From contig JBILLS010000001.1 in the NCBI GenBank assembly GCA_044375955.1, positions 189,942-253,941 of the forward strand: a stretch of DNA of 64,000 nt, in the 5' to 3' direction. The stretch comes from Candidatus Nanopelagicales bacterium (lineage in GTDB: Bacteria; Actinomycetota; Actinomycetes; S36-B12). Below, one piece after another: positions 63,501-64,000 of this stretch; within the stretch, counting starts at the first letter, position 1, and each line of letters starts with the position of its first letter. Made by a program: the position numbers and the translations under genes. The notes under the pieces are model-generated. The model saw only the letters and a list, made by a program, of their open reading frames with translations. It was not told where the DNA came from and ran no database searches.

Positions 63501-64000
63501 CGCAGCGGATCGCAGACCAAACTGATGTATCGCCGGTGGTGCTCACCTTCGCTAACTATCGCGCGCCTGCGAATGGGGATCTCGACCCCGCCGCACGCGC
63601 GGCAGCCCGCGCGCGACTGGGTCTGGTCGCCGAAGGTGACGACGTGATCCAGCTGGGAACCTTCGGGTTCGTGGACACCCGCACTAAGCAGATCGACTCG
63701 GTTCTCGAAGCCGCAGGCTGGTTGACCCAGTGGGGTCACGCGGTCCGGCTGACCGTGGTGGGCTCGGCACCACCCGAGCTCGAAAAGGAACTGCGGGAAC
63801 GCGCTGGTGAACTTGCCCTCGAGGGATTTGAAGTGACCGGCTACCAGGACGAGGAGCACTACCGCGACTGGTTGCTCGCGGTCGACCTCGGGGTGCAGTT
63901 GCGGGTGAGCCCCTACCTCGGTGTCAGTGGACCGCTATCCGACCTGGCGGCCGTGGGCACACCCGCGGTCGGCTCAGCAGGATTGTGCGCGGACGTGGAC
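60530..64000 (+). CDS. Multidomain FkbM-family methyltransferase + helical linker + two GT4-type glycosyltransferase modules; 3' end lies beyond the window
   Basis: Absent from the ORF track because it has no stop inside the window. The frame is open from TAG 60518-60520 to 64000. From GTG 60530: VSRVSYAQNGEDVRLWHAF..FVDVGANEPRHMS..IDVEGAE (FkbM hallmarks). Then FDEGLSLPVIEAAAQGVPVVVSD (EX7E). Then a second GT-B start, RLRVALATPWPPQRSGVADYT. Confidence 0.8.
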   Translation, partial: MVSRVSYAQNGEDVRLWHAFGPRSTSSTNLVFVDVGANEPRHMSVTAALSDLGWRGLLIEADPLLAERLRNERPQDHVVEAAASDRSGEITFYRVPGTGLGTLDAVEANAARDRGFDVFEVRVPTRTLDDILDDYTAMLGPDIHAMTIDVEGAEAQVVAGLTRYRPWVLCIEAVEPGTPTASHQQWEGAVLDHGYRYVAFDGINRWYVADEHADEDVGIDAGAPTGTTIAEAIATPFHVIDAGAHGWTTVDTAHLRERDNRSYNRVAWQRELTCNDLASRVPTEEYERQIHELRAALISVEGSRTFALSRNLAKVAKAVRAPIQRFITRVARTPWVTRQRHLRHVTVNMGHLTDPAFLGSSADQPPSDVPGTIPGVFTEADQRSVRAWLETHSEDSDEQLFARLDNNNDELGRLRAALRTRLRLSDGEPAGTRPGSQVAFDARALQSAAFSRRGIGRFAAAALVASRQAVGDDRVTLIADPGLAPIPEELAGACRQVPRITRAQVREFGVVIQPSPMTHAPDPLIPLLQSDAYSVAIVFDFIPLHYPGVYLRSAAASAEYAACLDALLAYDDFLCISHTVREELIRICERRGRPAPSTAVAWPRGTIANTRAAHSSRGIEGKRKHATGPIVVVTGDDARKNTFGGLAGVAAATSNLPLRDVVVLGMSGHNDRVHHWSIAAAMRPGEARTAQRLTEDEMVTLLGSAACVVVPTFDEGLSLPVIEAAAQGVPVVVSDIPAHRELVGRGAFSADPRSPRSLARAVRRARRDRSIAQRQWQRLQHHRHVDLEDAITTRLRAHSTSPITTGDTAAMPSPTDSPRLRVALATPWPPQRSGVADYTAATGRALARLSDVTVFTTADARLDFAGEDRDIRGQRSIEEFLADPEGVAADFDVVVAVVGNSHFHLPFIDLARNVGCVVIAHDTRMSEFYLALRGPGGLANLMLHSADPSAPKSITPPIDHQVDDMRLLQNAALWEIARRAHTLVLHSPTSAQRIADQTDVSPVVLTFANYRAPANGDLDPAARAAARARLGLVAEGDDVIQLGTFGFVDTRTKQIDSVLEAAGWLTQWGHAVRLTVVGSAPPELEKELRERAGELALEGFEVTGYQDEEHYRDWLLAVDLGVQLRVSPYLGVSGPLSDLAAVGTPAVGSAGLCADVD

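Overview
This is a high-G+C actinobacterial chromosomal segment. I read it by eye from the sequence and the ORF track. No searches were run, so family names are recalled from motifs. (1) 1-4.3 kb, minus strand: the conserved operon fhaA-fhaB-pstP-rodA-pbpA, with pbpA cut by the window start. (2) 4.4-7.8 kb: a 1063-aa secreted multidomain glycoside hydrolase sits between fhaA and tRNA-Leu(CAG). (3) 7.8-21.9 kb: mixed genes. They include a SigK/RskA-type ECF sigma/anti-sigma pair divergent from a fasciclin (MPT70/83-like) gene, a histidine phosphatase gene interrupted by an in-frame TAG, DUF4389, HAD, and an orphan lower-GC Phd/YefM antitoxin. There is also an FmdB zinc-ribbon gene translationally coupled to an unlisted 42-codon Cys-rich ORF, a GGCT-like gene, an lgt/VTT-family operon with two unlisted small ORFs, a Pro/Thr-rich surface protein, a geranylgeranyl reductase and an XRE regulator. 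(4) 21.9-64.0 kb, continuing past the window: one very large envelope-glycopolymer locus. It holds fcl, two WbaP-type priming transferases, two tandem secreted clan GH-A hydrolases, DUF4012, rmlC, rmlA and about ten glycosyltransferases. It also holds three large polytopic membrane proteins, two tandem Ig-like repeat proteins, a Wzy_C/ligase-like protein and a Wzm/Wzt ABC-2 exporter whose Wzt has a C-terminal extension. A fused MsbA/PglK-type ABC exporter lies in an apparently lower-GC patch, next to gmd and a Gmd paralog. The last gene is a >1157-codon FkbM-methyltransferase/GT4/GT4 fusion that is absent from the ORF track because it runs off the window. The most interesting candidate is this cap-and-export logic: the methyltransferase-GT fusion, the Wzt C-terminal domain, and a shared C-terminal S-W-[KR]-x-T-A-P-L-R motif on separate glycosyltransferases. 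I saw no CRISPR array, rRNA, transposase or integrase.
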